Position numbers and translations under genes: made by a program
Origin: a virus
Taxonomy: Duplodnaviria > Caudoviricetes
Reading direction: 5' to 3' (one strand)
DNA length: 64,000 nucleotides
IMG/VR virus record: IMGVR_UViG_3300037400_004242
The notes under the pieces: model-generated
Database searches by the model: none
Told to the model about the DNA's origin: nothing
The model's input: the letters and a program-made list of their open reading frames with translations, nothing else
Shown here: piece by piece, positions 38,690-49,133 of the stretch
Layout of the letters: each line of letters begins with the position of its first letter
Numbering within the stretch: the first letter of the stretch is position 1

Positions 38690-38767
38690 ATATTTATATA
38701 CTATTTTTTTAATAGAGATTTTTGAATGAACGTGAAACAATTCTAAAATAAGGGAGTAGTTGTTGGA

Positions 38768-40243
38768 ATGAAAAAAAGGCTAATTGCGAAAATCATAGTC
38801 AAACCTAGCGAATCAAAGAGTGAAGATTTTACATTAGCTTTGGTTGACTATTTTAATAAAGAATTTAAGAATAATAATTTAAATAGTAAAAGAAACAATG
38901 GATATGTAAAAGTTGCACTCAACGGAAAATATATGGATAAGTATGATTCTGTTGTTGTAGATTGTTGCAACGGGAAAGTTTATCTTCGTGGTGATAATGT
39001 AAAAGATAAATATTTTGGACGTTTAAGTAAATTTAATTTAAAACGTCGTAGCGATGCATATCATTGTGTAAATTATAATGCAAATCGTTTAATTCATCGA
39101 ATTAATAAAATCAATGAATCTTTTTTACAAAAAGATGTTCAGGCAAAACCTTTAGATTTGCGTCAAACTACTGCAAATATATTAGACTTAAGAACTGAAA
39201 CAGCCGCCATGTCTTTAGATGAAGCAATTAAGCATTGTGAAGAAGTTGCGAAAGAACAATTAACAAGTCCAAATGGATGTGCAGATTGTGCGAATGAACA
39301 TTTGCAATTAGCAAATTGGCTAGAGGAATTAAAAGAATATCGTCAACAATATTTATGTGATATGCGTGAAGATGAACCTGAAATGTATGTTGTAAAAGCT
39401 AAAAATGTTTACGATTTGCGTCGCACGGCAGAAAATGACGATTTAAATAAAGTGTTTAAAAATACTTTAAATTCTTTTTTAGACACAGAAGATACAAATG
39501 AGTTTCTTCAAAAAAAAGATATGAATGATGTGGCATTTTCTACACCTATCGACTTATATAAAGTATATAAAGATAAAATAGAGCAATCATTAAAGAATAA
39601 TTTAACAAAAGAATTTAATGAAGATATATCTGATGAAGATATGAATCAAATGTATCAACTTTTTAGAGAATATTTACAATCTGATGATGCTTATGATATT
39701 TATCGTTCTAAAGTAGAAAAAATATCTAATAATCGAGCGGAGGATTTTGTAAAAGAACTAGATAATAATAATGATGAAGTCGGTCGAAGGATTCCAACAA
39801 AAAATGTTCAATGGATAAATGCATTGAATCGTGATAAGCCATTCATTTATTTTAATGGGAAGATTTATTTTGGAAATCAAGAACAACGTACACATACAGA
39901 TTTAATTCATATGCTTGTGAAAAAGTTTAAATCTGATACAGGAAATCGAAATGATATACAAGATTTAACAAAAGATAATGTAATTGGTTTCGGTCATGTT
40001 GTTGGAGATATTGCATTTGTTGATGAAGAATGTTTTTCTTGTACACAAGAAGAAATAGCAAATGCAGTTGTCAAAGAGAATGGAATAAAAAAAGTGTATT
40101 CTAATCCGCATCCAACAGAAAATTATTTTGTTCGTTTAGCAAATTCTATTTATCAAGTTGCAGATAATCGTATTGTTAAAACTATTAAAAATAAAATCAT
40201 AGATTTTCGTAAAAAAATACAAAATGTCTTAGATATAAGATAA
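38768..40243 (+). CDS. multidomain putative head protein
   Basis: Starts MKKRLIA; internal LDEAIKHCEEVA...CANEHLQLANWLEELK module; repeated (L/Y)DLR. Confidence 0.6.
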   Translation: MKKRLIAKIIVKPSESKSEDFTLALVDYFNKEFKNNNLNSKRNNGYVKVALNGKYMDKYDSVVVDCCNGKVYLRGDNVKDKYFGRLSKFNLKRRSDAYHCVNYNANRLIHRINKINESFLQKDVQAKPLDLRQTTANILDLRTETAAMSLDEAIKHCEEVAKEQLTSPNGCADCANEHLQLANWLEELKEYRQQYLCDMREDEPEMYVVKAKNVYDLRRTAENDDLNKVFKNTLNSFLDTEDTNEFLQKKDMNDVAFSTPIDLYKVYKDKIEQSLKNNLTKEFNEDISDEDMNQMYQLFREYLQSDDAYDIYRSKVEKISNNRAEDFVKELDNNNDEVGRRIPTKNVQWINALNRDKPFIYFNGKIYFGNQEQRTHTDLIHMLVKKFKSDTGNRNDIQDLTKDNVIGFGHVVGDIAFVDEECFSCTQEEIANAVVKENGIKKVYSNPHPTENYFVRLANSIYQVADNRIVKTIKNKIIDFRKKIQNVLDIR

Positions 40244-40253
40244 AAGAATCGAG

Positions 40254-41294
40254 GTGAAAAACTTGATTTTAAATTCTAACAAATACTTCCGTTCAAAAAA
40301 GATTTTTGATATGTTTAAAGTTTCGCAATTGGATGTCCCTGATATGATGGTACATATTAATAGCGGAACGATTATATATAACAATCAAGTAATTAATTTT
40401 AGTGAACAAGATAGTGAGATATTAATTGCTCCAAAGATTGGTGCTTGGTTAGTTGTTCTTTCTATTAATACAAAGGGAGAACTTGTGTATACATATGGAG
40501 TACAATCTACAGAAGAAAAGTCAATTCCAAAACTTCCTGAAGATTGCTTCCATTTATGTATTGTAGAACTATCTGCAAGTACAACAATGATTACAAATGA
40601 TATGATTTATGATTTGCGTAATGTATTTAATTATAGTTCTACACAAGAGAAAACATGTACTTATAAATGTGGATTAGCTACAGATTATTCTTTTACATCA
40701 GAAGATAGACAACAATTAAAAGAATTTTATGATAAGTATGAGGAATTATCTGCTGAAATTGATAAACTAAAATTACGATTAAATCCACAGCAGGAATATA
40801 CTGTAATAACAGATGGCGGTTTAGAATATAACATTCGTTTTAATAACGATGGTACACCATATTTTAAACGTGCAGATAGTTATGATGATAATCCACCATA
40901 TTCTGATGGAAATGAACATTCTGATTATAAATTTGTATATAATACAAGTACTGTAAATCTTGTAACAGAATCTTGTGAAGACTTTGTTCAGATTGCAGTA
41001 AAAGTTAAATCTTTTGATAATTTAAACAATTTGATGAATTGTACATTATTTGTTCGTTGCAATAATGCTACGATTTATAATAGCAATTATCAACCACATT
41101 ATCAAGAAGAAGAATTTAAAATAGCAAATTTAGATTTAGATAGAGCAGGATTTTATGAAAAATTTTCTTTAAAATTTCATAATCATGGAAATCATGTATT
41201 AAGTCTATATTTATATGATAATGCAACTCATGCTTTAATTGATAAAGCAAATATATCATATATTGTAAACTTTCAAAATGAAAATGTAGAATAA
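40254..41294 (+). CDS. putative structural protein sharing its N-terminal domain with 60366
   Basis: ITNDMIYDLR versus ITSDMVFDIR, plus other aligned blocks. Confidence 0.6.
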   Translation: MKNLILNSNKYFRSKKIFDMFKVSQLDVPDMMVHINSGTIIYNNQVINFSEQDSEILIAPKIGAWLVVLSINTKGELVYTYGVQSTEEKSIPKLPEDCFHLCIVELSASTTMITNDMIYDLRNVFNYSSTQEKTCTYKCGLATDYSFTSEDRQQLKEFYDKYEELSAEIDKLKLRLNPQQEYTVITDGGLEYNIRFNNDGTPYFKRADSYDDNPPYSDGNEHSDYKFVYNTSTVNLVTESCEDFVQIAVKVKSFDNLNNLMNCTLFVRCNNATIYNSNYQPHYQEEEFKIANLDLDRAGFYEKFSLKFHNHGNHVLSLYLYDNATHALIDKANISYIVNFQNENVE

Positions 41295-41309
41295 AGGTCG
41301 TGTGATAAT

Positions 41310-42044
41310 ATGAATATAGTATTAAATAAAATTAGGCGTAAGGCTGAACTTGATATAGATAAAATTGATACTTCAAAAATTAGTGAGGTAAAAGCTAGTT
41401 GTGAAGGACTATATAAAGATTATATTATAGATTCTGTATCATCGTTATTAAGAGAAAAATATTTAAGTGATGATTCTTATGCTTATAAATGGGCAGAAGA
41501 TATAGCTAGTAGCGATGAATTAAATGATACAAATAGTGAAACATTTGAAAACGAAGCGTTTTCACTCGTTTCTAAGGTATATAATGGAATTAATGATAGT
41601 GTAGGATTAACGCTTACAAACTTTTTTGATAGTGATGTTGATGAAATTCTCGAAAAAATTCCATCAAGCAAAAAAATGAGTGTTATTGATGATTACATGA
41701 GTGATGTTGTAGATGAATACGAAATGGATTCAGATGAAGTTATTCGCCCAGGTACATCAGAATATAAAGAACTTATGATTTATGCAACAGGCATGGAAGA
41801 TAAATTCTCAGACAATAATGTTTCGGAAGCAGATATTGCTGATGAATTTGGAAGAGAGTACATTAATCGTTATTTAAATTATGAATCTAGCGATTTAGAT
41901 GATAAAATTAAAAAGCTAGTAAATTCTACTGTAAAAGAATGTTGTAGAGATATTGCAGAGAATTTAAGACGTAATTATAAAGGTGAAGCATTTGATATTA
42001 TAGAAGATGCTTTAAAAGAAGCAGATGAAAATCTTTTAAGTTAA
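41310..42044 (+). CDS. acidic hypothetical protein
   Basis: Basic N-terminus (KIRRKAE), acidic body; terminator at 42050-42074. Confidence 0.7.
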   Translation: MNIVLNKIRRKAELDIDKIDTSKISEVKASCEGLYKDYIIDSVSSLLREKYLSDDSYAYKWAEDIASSDELNDTNSETFENEAFSLVSKVYNGINDSVGLTLTNFFDSDVDEILEKIPSSKKMSVIDDYMSDVVDEYEMDSDEVIRPGTSEYKELMIYATGMEDKFSDNNVSEADIADEFGREYINRYLNYESSDLDDKIKKLVNSTVKECCRDIAENLRRNYKGEAFDIIEDALKEADENLLS

Positions 42045-42131
42045 ATAATAAAGAGCACATTATGTGCTCTTTTTGTTATAATTAGATATTAAACTTATAT
42101 AATATACGTAATAGTAAAGTTAGAGAAAGGA

Positions 42132-45100
42132 ATGATAGAATTGCCTATTAAGCATAAAGAGGAAACTGAAACGCAAGCATTGGCAAAAGATATAAAAAAT
42201 AATTTAACCGTTATTAAAGATGATATTGTTGAATCATCAAAAGAAAATGTAATTAATGGTCAAGAATTGGATGATTTTATATATCATCATTTTTTAAATC
42301 GTTTAGACCCTGTAGAATATTGTGAAAATATTCTACGTCATCATCTTCCAAAATCTCGTCAAAAACTTCATGAAAATCAAACAGCACTTATTCGTGCAGT
42401 CTGTAATCCAAAGTTAAAACAGGTTGCAGGAATGATGTCTCGTCAATGTTTACTACGAGGTACGATTATTCATACTCGTGATGGGAAATTAATTCCAATT
42501 GAAGAATATGAAGATTCATGGAAAACAAATACAAGTGCTCCTATTTTTGAGATTCATGTAAAAGGTGGACATATTATAAAATGTACTGCAAATCATCCAA
42601 TTTGTACACAAAATGGTTGGAAACGAGCAGATGAACTAACAACGAACGACTATGTTTTATGCTTAGATTATTGGAATAAATTTAATGATAAATACACGTT
42701 ACAATATTTGAATGAAAATATAAAAGAAATTATAATAGATAATCATTATGCAAAAATTAAAAATATATTAAATAACCAAATTCAATATATACGAGAAATC
42801 TTAAATAAATTAGGAATTCATGGAAAAATTAGTCAAGACGAAATTGAAATAGATTTAACATATCGTAATAATTTATTAAATTTTAAAAAGATTTTTCCAA
42901 ATATAGAAATCATAAATAATTTTGTACAAACAGATTTAGATACGCCAACTGGATACGGAATAGATGAAGAGCATTTATACTATTCTCCATTTATATCAAG
43001 AAAAGAAATTGGTGTAGGAGAAGTTTGGGACGTAGAATTTCCAAATAAAGGTTGGTTTATTGCAGGAGGTATGGTAGTCCATAACTCAGGTAAATGTTTC
43101 CAAAAAGGAACAAAAATTTTAATGGCCGATGGTTCCAAAAAGAATGTAGAAGATATTCAAGTAAATGATAAAGTTATGTCTCCTACAAGTGAACCTAGAA
43201 TCGTAACATCATTAGGGCATGGAACAGAACAAATGTACGAAATTATTCCTGATGATAAAGGATATAATTCTTTTACAGTAAATGCTTCTCATATCTTATC
43301 TTTAATCGGATGGAATGGAAATATATTTAATATCGAAGTAAAAGATTATTTAAAATTGTCCCCCAAAGAGAAAGTTACATTATTAGGCTATCGAGCGGCA
43401 GTAGATTATCCATATCAGCCATTAGATTTTAATGTTTATAATTTAGGGAAAATTTTATCAAATCATGAAACAAATATCTTTGATGAAAATATTAAAGATT
43501 ATATTACAAAATATACAGATAAAGATATTTTACAATCTATTAAAATAAATTCTTTCGGAACCAGATTGCAATTTATAGCAGGATTTATTGATGGAAATAG
43601 CGCAAGTATTAGAAAAAATAAAGTCGTACTAAAAATTAATGATAAATCTTTTGCATATGAAATGCAAGATATGATTCGTTCTGTTGGTATGCAGTCCTGC
43701 ATTAAGCGTTTAAAAGAAAATTATTATATCTACTTCTCAGGAAAATTTTCATTATTAAAGTCTATTAAAACGAAAGATTTAAAAGATGATAATGAAGCGA
43801 TGATTTTTACTTTTAAAGTAAAAGAGAAAAAAGTAGATGAATATTTTGGATTTACAATAGATTCCCCTGACCATTTATTTCTATTAGGTGATTATACTGT
43901 AACTCATAATACAGAATCTATTAGTTCATTTTGTGGATTTTTAATAGATAATTATCCACAAATGCGAGTGGGTGTCTTTACCCCACGTTTACAACAGGCG
44001 GAGGTATCTATTGGACGTTTATCTACATTTTTCCAAATGAACGAAGATAGATTAAATAACAAAATAGTAAAATTAACAAAAGATAGAATTGAATTAAGTA
44101 ATAAATCTTATGTGACTGCGGTATCAGCAAGTGACCAGTCCAATATCGAAGGTTTAACATTTGATGTTATTGTATTGGACGAAGCACAGAAAGTATCAGA
44201 TTATACATTTTCAGAAAGAATAGTTCCAATGGGGGGCGGCTGTATTATTGGTAGTTCTAAAATACAATTATTAGATGGAACTACTAAAACAATTGAAGAA
44301 TTGGTAGAAGAACAAAACGTTGATAAAATTCCTTGTATTAATATAGAAACGTGTAAATTGACAGAAGGAAAAATAACGCAATTTTGTGATACAGGAATTC
44401 AAGATACAATTAAAATTACATTATCAAACGGACAAGAAATTTGTGGTACATATGACCATCCAGTATTAGGGTATAATTCAAAAGAACGAAAAATAAAATG
44501 GTATCGTTTAGATGAAATTACTACAAATATAAATGCTTGTGTTCCGAAAGAAATAAATATATTTGGTAATGTTGAAGAACAAAAAGCAAAGATATTGGGT
44601 TTATTAATAGGTGATGGAAATTATTCAACTAGAAATGTTTATTATGCTACAAAAGATAGTGAATTGGAACAATGTATAATTAACTATTTTGGAAAAAATA
44701 ACGTTTGTATTGAAAGGTCACATATTACAAAAAATAAAGAGATTTTTAAATTTATGCGAATCAGAGGAAATGAAATTCATACATTAATTGGTAAATATGA
44801 AATGAGAGGTGAAAAAGGAAGCCAAAAACAATTACCAAAAAATTACGAAAAATTTAATAAAAAATCGTTATCACAATTAATAAGCGGATTATATGATACT
44901 GATGGAACTTTTGTTATTGAACAAAATCGTCGTGGTGTTATAGGATATAGTACTATAAGCGAAACTCTAGCACATCAATTAATTCATTGTTTAATGAAAT
45001 TTGGTATACATGCTAAGTTATACAAAAAATATTCAAAAACACACATTTATAATAATAGAATGATTAAAGGTGGACAAATTTTTGACGTTTCTATAAAAGG

Positions 45101-46397
45101 CAAAGAAAATATATTAAAGTTTAATTTAGCTTTTTATGATTATTTATTGGTAAAATATAAAAAAGATACATTAAAAAAAATGTCTATTATTTTAAAAAAT
45201 AGACGTGAAAAAATAGCTAAAAAATATTTTAATACAGATTTACGTTTTGAAAAAGTAATTAATGTTGAATATGCAGGTAAACAACATGTTTATGATTTAA
45301 CTGTTGATAAATATCACAACTTTATTGCTAATAATATTTTTGTTCATAATACGAACGCTAAAATAGTCCAAATTGGTACTCCAAAAACAAGAAATCATTT
45401 TTTTGATGCAGTAGAAGGTAAAGCACATGAAAAATGGACAGTAGTAAAAAGAGATTGGACACAATGCGCCCAATTGTGGAGTTTGGATGCGATATATTTA
45501 CCTGACCCAAAGACAGGAATTACTCGTCCTTACTCACGATTCGTTCTTGAACAAGCTATGCCAAAAGTTTTAAAACAAGATATGTTTCCAAATAATCCTG
45601 AAATATGGACAGAAGGAAACCTTTCTGTAGAAGATTTTAGGACGCAGTATATGCTTGAATTTATTGATGGCGCAGGAAAATATATTGATAGTGAACAAGT
45701 TAAACGAATGACAGATGGCGAATTTGACTGGTTAGACCATGGTATTATTGGAGAAACTTATGTAGCTGGTATTGACTTCGCAGGGAGTAATCCTGATGGA
45801 GATAGTACACAAATTTCTGTATTAAGAATTTGTCGTGATGGTACAAAACATAAGGTATTTGCAAAAGAATTCCAAGATACGAGTTATCCGCAACAAATGT
45901 ATTACATTTCAAACTTATTTGGCGGTTATCATCCAAGATTCGAATGTAAAAAGATATTTGCGGATTATACAGGTTGTGGTGCGGCTGTTGTTCAAACATT
46001 AAAAGAAGAATTTGGTATTAAAAATCTAGAGGGTATTATCTTTAATGCGCGTGATAGGTTTACAGGTTCAGGAATGAACATGAAAAACATTATGTACGCA
46101 AAATGGAGACAAGAACTAGACAACAATAAATTTAAATATATGACAAAAGAAAGATTTGAAAAATCTACAGCAGAAGGTGCAGGAGTAGATAATCTTGCAT
46201 ATTATCACCGTATGATAAGCGAATGGGCAGATTTGGAACAAACAGTTACAGGTTATTCTGTAAATAAAAAAATAGAAGCTCCAGTAGGTTATCATGATGA
46301 TGTTTGTGATAGTGATGTTCTTGCAAATTTTGCGGCAGGGGATGGACAAAGAAATCATATGCCAAGACCAACCGCAGGAAGGTTTATGTGGCATTAA
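42132..46397 (+). CDS. terL: terminase large subunit with three inteins
   Basis: After removing the inteins: Walker A SRQSGKT, Walker B VIVLDEAQ, motif III IGTP, nuclease AGIDFAG and HDDVCDS; 566 aa spliced. Confidence 0.93.
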   Translation: MIELPIKHKEETETQALAKDIKNNLTVIKDDIVESSKENVINGQELDDFIYHHFLNRLDPVEYCENILRHHLPKSRQKLHENQTALIRAVCNPKLKQVAGMMSRQCLLRGTIIHTRDGKLIPIEEYEDSWKTNTSAPIFEIHVKGGHIIKCTANHPICTQNGWKRADELTTNDYVLCLDYWNKFNDKYTLQYLNENIKEIIIDNHYAKIKNILNNQIQYIREILNKLGIHGKISQDEIEIDLTYRNNLLNFKKIFPNIEIINNFVQTDLDTPTGYGIDEEHLYYSPFISRKEIGVGEVWDVEFPNKGWFIAGGMVVHNSGKCFQKGTKILMADGSKKNVEDIQVNDKVMSPTSEPRIVTSLGHGTEQMYEIIPDDKGYNSFTVNASHILSLIGWNGNIFNIEVKDYLKLSPKEKVTLLGYRAAVDYPYQPLDFNVYNLGKILSNHETNIFDENIKDYITKYTDKDILQSIKINSFGTRLQFIAGFIDGNSASIRKNKVVLKINDKSFAYEMQDMIRSVGMQSCIKRLKENYYIYFSGKFSLLKSIKTKDLKDDNEAMIFTFKVKEKKVDEYFGFTIDSPDHLFLLGDYTVTHNTESISSFCGFLIDNYPQMRVGVFTPRLQQAEVSIGRLSTFFQMNEDRLNNKIVKLTKDRIELSNKSYVTAVSASDQSNIEGLTFDVIVLDEAQKVSDYTFSERIVPMGGGCIIGSSKIQLLDGTTKTIEELVEEQNVDKIPCINIETCKLTEGKITQFCDTGIQDTIKITLSNGQEICGTYDHPVLGYNSKERKIKWYRLDEITTNINACVPKEINIFGNVEEQKAKILGLLIGDGNYSTRNVYYATKDSELEQCIINYFGKNNVCIERSHITKNKEIFKFMRIRGNEIHTLIGKYEMRGEKGSQKQLPKNYEKFNKKSLSQLISGLYDTDGTFVIEQNRRGVIGYSTISETLAHQLIHCLMKFGIHAKLYKKYSKTHIYNNRMIKGGQIFDVSIKGKENILKFNLAFYDYLLVKYKKDTLKKMSIILKNRREKIAKKYFNTDLRFEKVINVEYAGKQHVYDLTVDKYHNFIANNIFVHNTNAKIVQIGTPKTRNHFFDAVEGKAHEKWTVVKRDWTQCAQLWSLDAIYLPDPKTGITRPYSRFVLEQAMPKVLKQDMFPNNPEIWTEGNLSVEDFRTQYMLEFIDGAGKYIDSEQVKRMTDGEFDWLDHGIIGETYVAGIDFAGSNPDGDSTQISVLRICRDGTKHKVFAKEFQDTSYPQQMYYISNLFGGYHPRFECKKIFADYTGCGAAVVQTLKEEFGIKNLEGIIFNARDRFTGSGMNMKNIMYAKWRQELDNNKFKYMTKERFEKSTAEGAGVDNLAYYHRMISEWADLEQTVTGYSVNKKIEAPVGYHDDVCDSDVLANFAAGDGQRNHMPRPTAGRFMWH
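42447..43085 (+). mobile_element. intein 1 (213 aa, endonuclease mostly lost)
   Basis: CLLRGT...TANHP...VVHN followed by Ser. Confidence 0.9.
43095..43910 (+). mobile_element. intein 2 (272 aa, degenerate LAGLIDADG)
   Basis: CFQKGT...NASH...FIAGFIDGN...VTHN followed by Thr. Confidence 0.9.
44241..45350 (+). mobile_element. intein 3 (370 aa) with LAGLIDADG homing endonuclease
   Basis: CIIGSS...TYDHP...LGLLIGDG...LISGLYDTDG...FVHN followed by Thr. Confidence 0.92.
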
Positions 46398-46399
46398 TA

Positions 46400-46430
46400 A
46401 AAAAGAGTATGCTATGTCATACTCTTTTTA
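46400..46430 (+). terminator. intrinsic terminator
   Basis: AAAAAGAGTATG/CATACTCTTTTT. Confidence 0.75.
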
Positions 46431-46465
46431 TTTTTATATTAGAGACAAAAAAGGAGTTGAAAAAT

Positions 46466-47821
46466 ATGATTCATATCTTAGATGCAAGAAATACTATTCA
46501 TAAAATTTTACAAGATACAAAAGACAATATATATCGAATTAATAAAGATTACAAAGGAAATATTACACGGTTTCATCTAGGAATTATTTTTATCGGAACA
46601 AATTCTATGTATCAAAAATTTTCTTACATACAAGGGAAAATTTGTGAATTTATGAATGTAAAGTTGACAGTTGTCCATTTACATTCTTATATCAGTAAAA
46701 AGGATATTTTAGAACAAATTGATAACTTAAATAAGGATGACACGATAACAGGTATCTTGATATATTCCCTCCCATCAAGTACTGCATATAAAACTGACTA
46801 TGTAGATGATACCTATAATATAGATACAGAGAAGAATAAAGATGTAGATTCTATTACTTCTAGGTTATCAGACATAAAGTACTCTTTATCTAATACTCTA
46901 TCAGAACCTGATATATATAGGACGCAAGTAAAAGATTCATATATAAGGAAGATATTAGATGGAGCATATCAACTCATGAAATATACAGAAGAGTATAATG
47001 AGAAGATAAAGATAAAGACTTTAATACAGCAATATGAAAATGAAGAACTATTTCAAAAGAGGTTAAATTTAGAGAAGTCATTCATTCATGATGAAATTAT
47101 AAAATGTATGGAAGAAAAATGGAATCAAATTACAGATGAAGAATTATTGCCGAGAGTAAAACATGGAAATTTCCCAAAAGCAAGGAAAGAATATATTGAT
47201 GAAAACTTAAATGAAATTTTGTTAAAGAGTATTTTTTCATGTATTGTTCCTCTTGAAATAATATTGCCAAAGAGATTACAAGAAGATAGGAATGAAATTG
47301 TAGAAGAAATTCAAGTGGAGAAAGATGTAAGTGGAAGTGTATCAAGCAGTTTAGGAAAAATAAGTATTCAAAAATATCAAATGTTACCCTGTATCGCGGA
47401 AGGAATTATTCGTGTATTAGAAGATAATGAAATTGAGTTAGATAAGAAAATTGTAACAATTGTAGGAAAAGAAAAAAGTTTTGGAAAGCAGTTGGCAAAT
47501 TTATTTATGGATAAAGGATGTACTGTCATAATATGTCATTCACATACAGAGAATTTAAGAGAGTATACAAAACAAGCAGATATATTAATTGTAGATGCAG
47601 GAATTTCAAATTTTATGACAAAAGAATATATCAAAGAAGGAAGTATTGTAATAGATAAAGGTTTATATGGATTAAATAATAAATTAATAGGAGATATAAA
47701 CTTTCAATCTATGTTAGAAATGGAGGAAGTTACATACTTATCGACAGCGAGTGGATTAAGAGCGATTGGAGAAGCAATTTTATTTGAGAATATATTAAAA
47801 GCCTATCTAATACAGAGTTAA
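46466..47821 (+). CDS. folD: divergent FolD-like methylene-THF dehydrogenase/cyclohydrolase with ~160-aa insertion
   Basis: LNKDDTITGILI, KDVD, LPCIAEGI, GCTVIICHSHT, ADILIV, IKEGSIVID, GDINF; start ATG 46466 after aaggag. Confidence 0.75.
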   Translation: MIHILDARNTIHKILQDTKDNIYRINKDYKGNITRFHLGIIFIGTNSMYQKFSYIQGKICEFMNVKLTVVHLHSYISKKDILEQIDNLNKDDTITGILIYSLPSSTAYKTDYVDDTYNIDTEKNKDVDSITSRLSDIKYSLSNTLSEPDIYRTQVKDSYIRKILDGAYQLMKYTEEYNEKIKIKTLIQQYENEELFQKRLNLEKSFIHDEIIKCMEEKWNQITDEELLPRVKHGNFPKARKEYIDENLNEILLKSIFSCIVPLEIILPKRLQEDRNEIVEEIQVEKDVSGSVSSSLGKISIQKYQMLPCIAEGIIRVLEDNEIELDKKIVTIVGKEKSFGKQLANLFMDKGCTVIICHSHTENLREYTKQADILIVDAGISNFMTKEYIKEGSIVIDKGLYGLNNKLIGDINFQSMLEMEEVTYLSTASGLRAIGEAILFENILKAYLIQS

Positions 47822-47890
47822 AAAATAAATATTTAATTTTTAGAGTTTATAATATAATAATTTTAGAAAAATATGAGGGGCTTTTGGCAT

Positions 47891-49117
47891 ATGATAGAAA
47901 AAACAGTATTACAAAACGGGTTAACAATAATTACAGAGCCTATGGATGGAGATTTTGTAAATGTAGCATACTATGTAAATAAAGGTAGTATTGATGAACC
48001 TGAAGATTGTTTAGGGATTGCGCATTTAGCAGAACATGAAGTATTTAAAGGTACAGCGAATCGAAATAAAGATGAAGTATGGGAAGATGTACAAAAATAT
48101 GGTGGAGAAATGAACGCTTATACAGCGGAAAATAGCACGGCATTTTTTTGTACAATTCTAAAAGAATATTGGGACAAAGCATTAGATGTCATATCAGATA
48201 TAGTATTTAATAATACAATTCCTGAAGAAGAATTTGAATTAGAAAAAGGTGTAGTTATTGAAGAACTAAAAATGTATGATGATGATGCAAAGCATAAAGT
48301 ATTTGATGAAACATCAAGAGTATTGTTTAAAGATTATAAAAATCGTTGGAATAATGGTGGAACGCCTGAAACGGTTCAAGGGATAAAAAGAGAACAATTA
48401 GTAGACTTTATTAACAACAATTACATTCCACAGAATATTACATTATTTGTTACAGGAAATGTAAAACATGAAGATATAGAAAAATTTGTGGAAGATTATC
48501 TAGATGGATATGAGTTTATTAATGATAGTCAAGAACATCGTGTAACAGTAGATAAGCTAAATATTACAGACGATGTAATTTCTTTACATGGAACGCAATC
48601 TACTATGATGGCAGTATGGGAAACGAAAGCAAGTGGAACGAGAGAACTTTTATTAAATGAAATATTATGTAGTATTTTAGGTGGAGGATTTGGTTCTCGT
48701 TTCATGGAGATACGAGAAAAATATGGATATGCATATACAGTAAACTGTAATTATCAAGCATTTGCTGAAAATGATAAAGCATTTATGTTTTGTTATGCAG
48801 GGTTAAATAAATACAATATTCCAAAAACAAAAGAACTAATTATTCAAAATTTAAAAGATATAAAAGAAAATGGACTAAGGTTCAATGAATTTAATCAAGC
48901 AAAGATTTGTGTAAAAAGTGATTACAAGAAACAATTCTCTTTCTGTGAAGATGTTAATAACTTCCGATTGATGCAGTATCCAATTGGAGGGACGATATAT
49001 ACAGAAGAGTTATTAAAAGTTTTAGAAAAGATAACAATTCAAGACGTAGAAAATTTTGCAAAAGAAATATTACAGGATATGAAGATAGGGTTTATTGTAG
49101 TAGAACAGACAGAATAA
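47891..49117 (+). CDS. M16 family zinc metallopeptidase
   Basis: LQNGL, GS.DE, GIAHLAEH (HxxEH), NAYT, EK.VV.EE, C-terminal SRF.EIREKYGYAY. Confidence 0.92.
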   Translation: MIEKTVLQNGLTIITEPMDGDFVNVAYYVNKGSIDEPEDCLGIAHLAEHEVFKGTANRNKDEVWEDVQKYGGEMNAYTAENSTAFFCTILKEYWDKALDVISDIVFNNTIPEEEFELEKGVVIEELKMYDDDAKHKVFDETSRVLFKDYKNRWNNGGTPETVQGIKREQLVDFINNNYIPQNITLFVTGNVKHEDIEKFVEDYLDGYEFINDSQEHRVTVDKLNITDDVISLHGTQSTMMAVWETKASGTRELLLNEILCSILGGGFGSRFMEIREKYGYAYTVNCNYQAFAENDKAFMFCYAGLNKYNIPKTKELIIQNLKDIKENGLRFNEFNQAKICVKSDYKKQFSFCEDVNNFRLMQYPIGGTIYTEELLKVLEKITIQDVENFAKEILQDMKIGFIVVEQTE

Positions 49118-49133
49118 AAAGGAGCATGAAACT

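Noticed and set aside
46838-47320. FolD insertion as a fourth intein
   Set aside because: No Cys/Ser start block, no His-Asn end and no LAGLIDADG motif.
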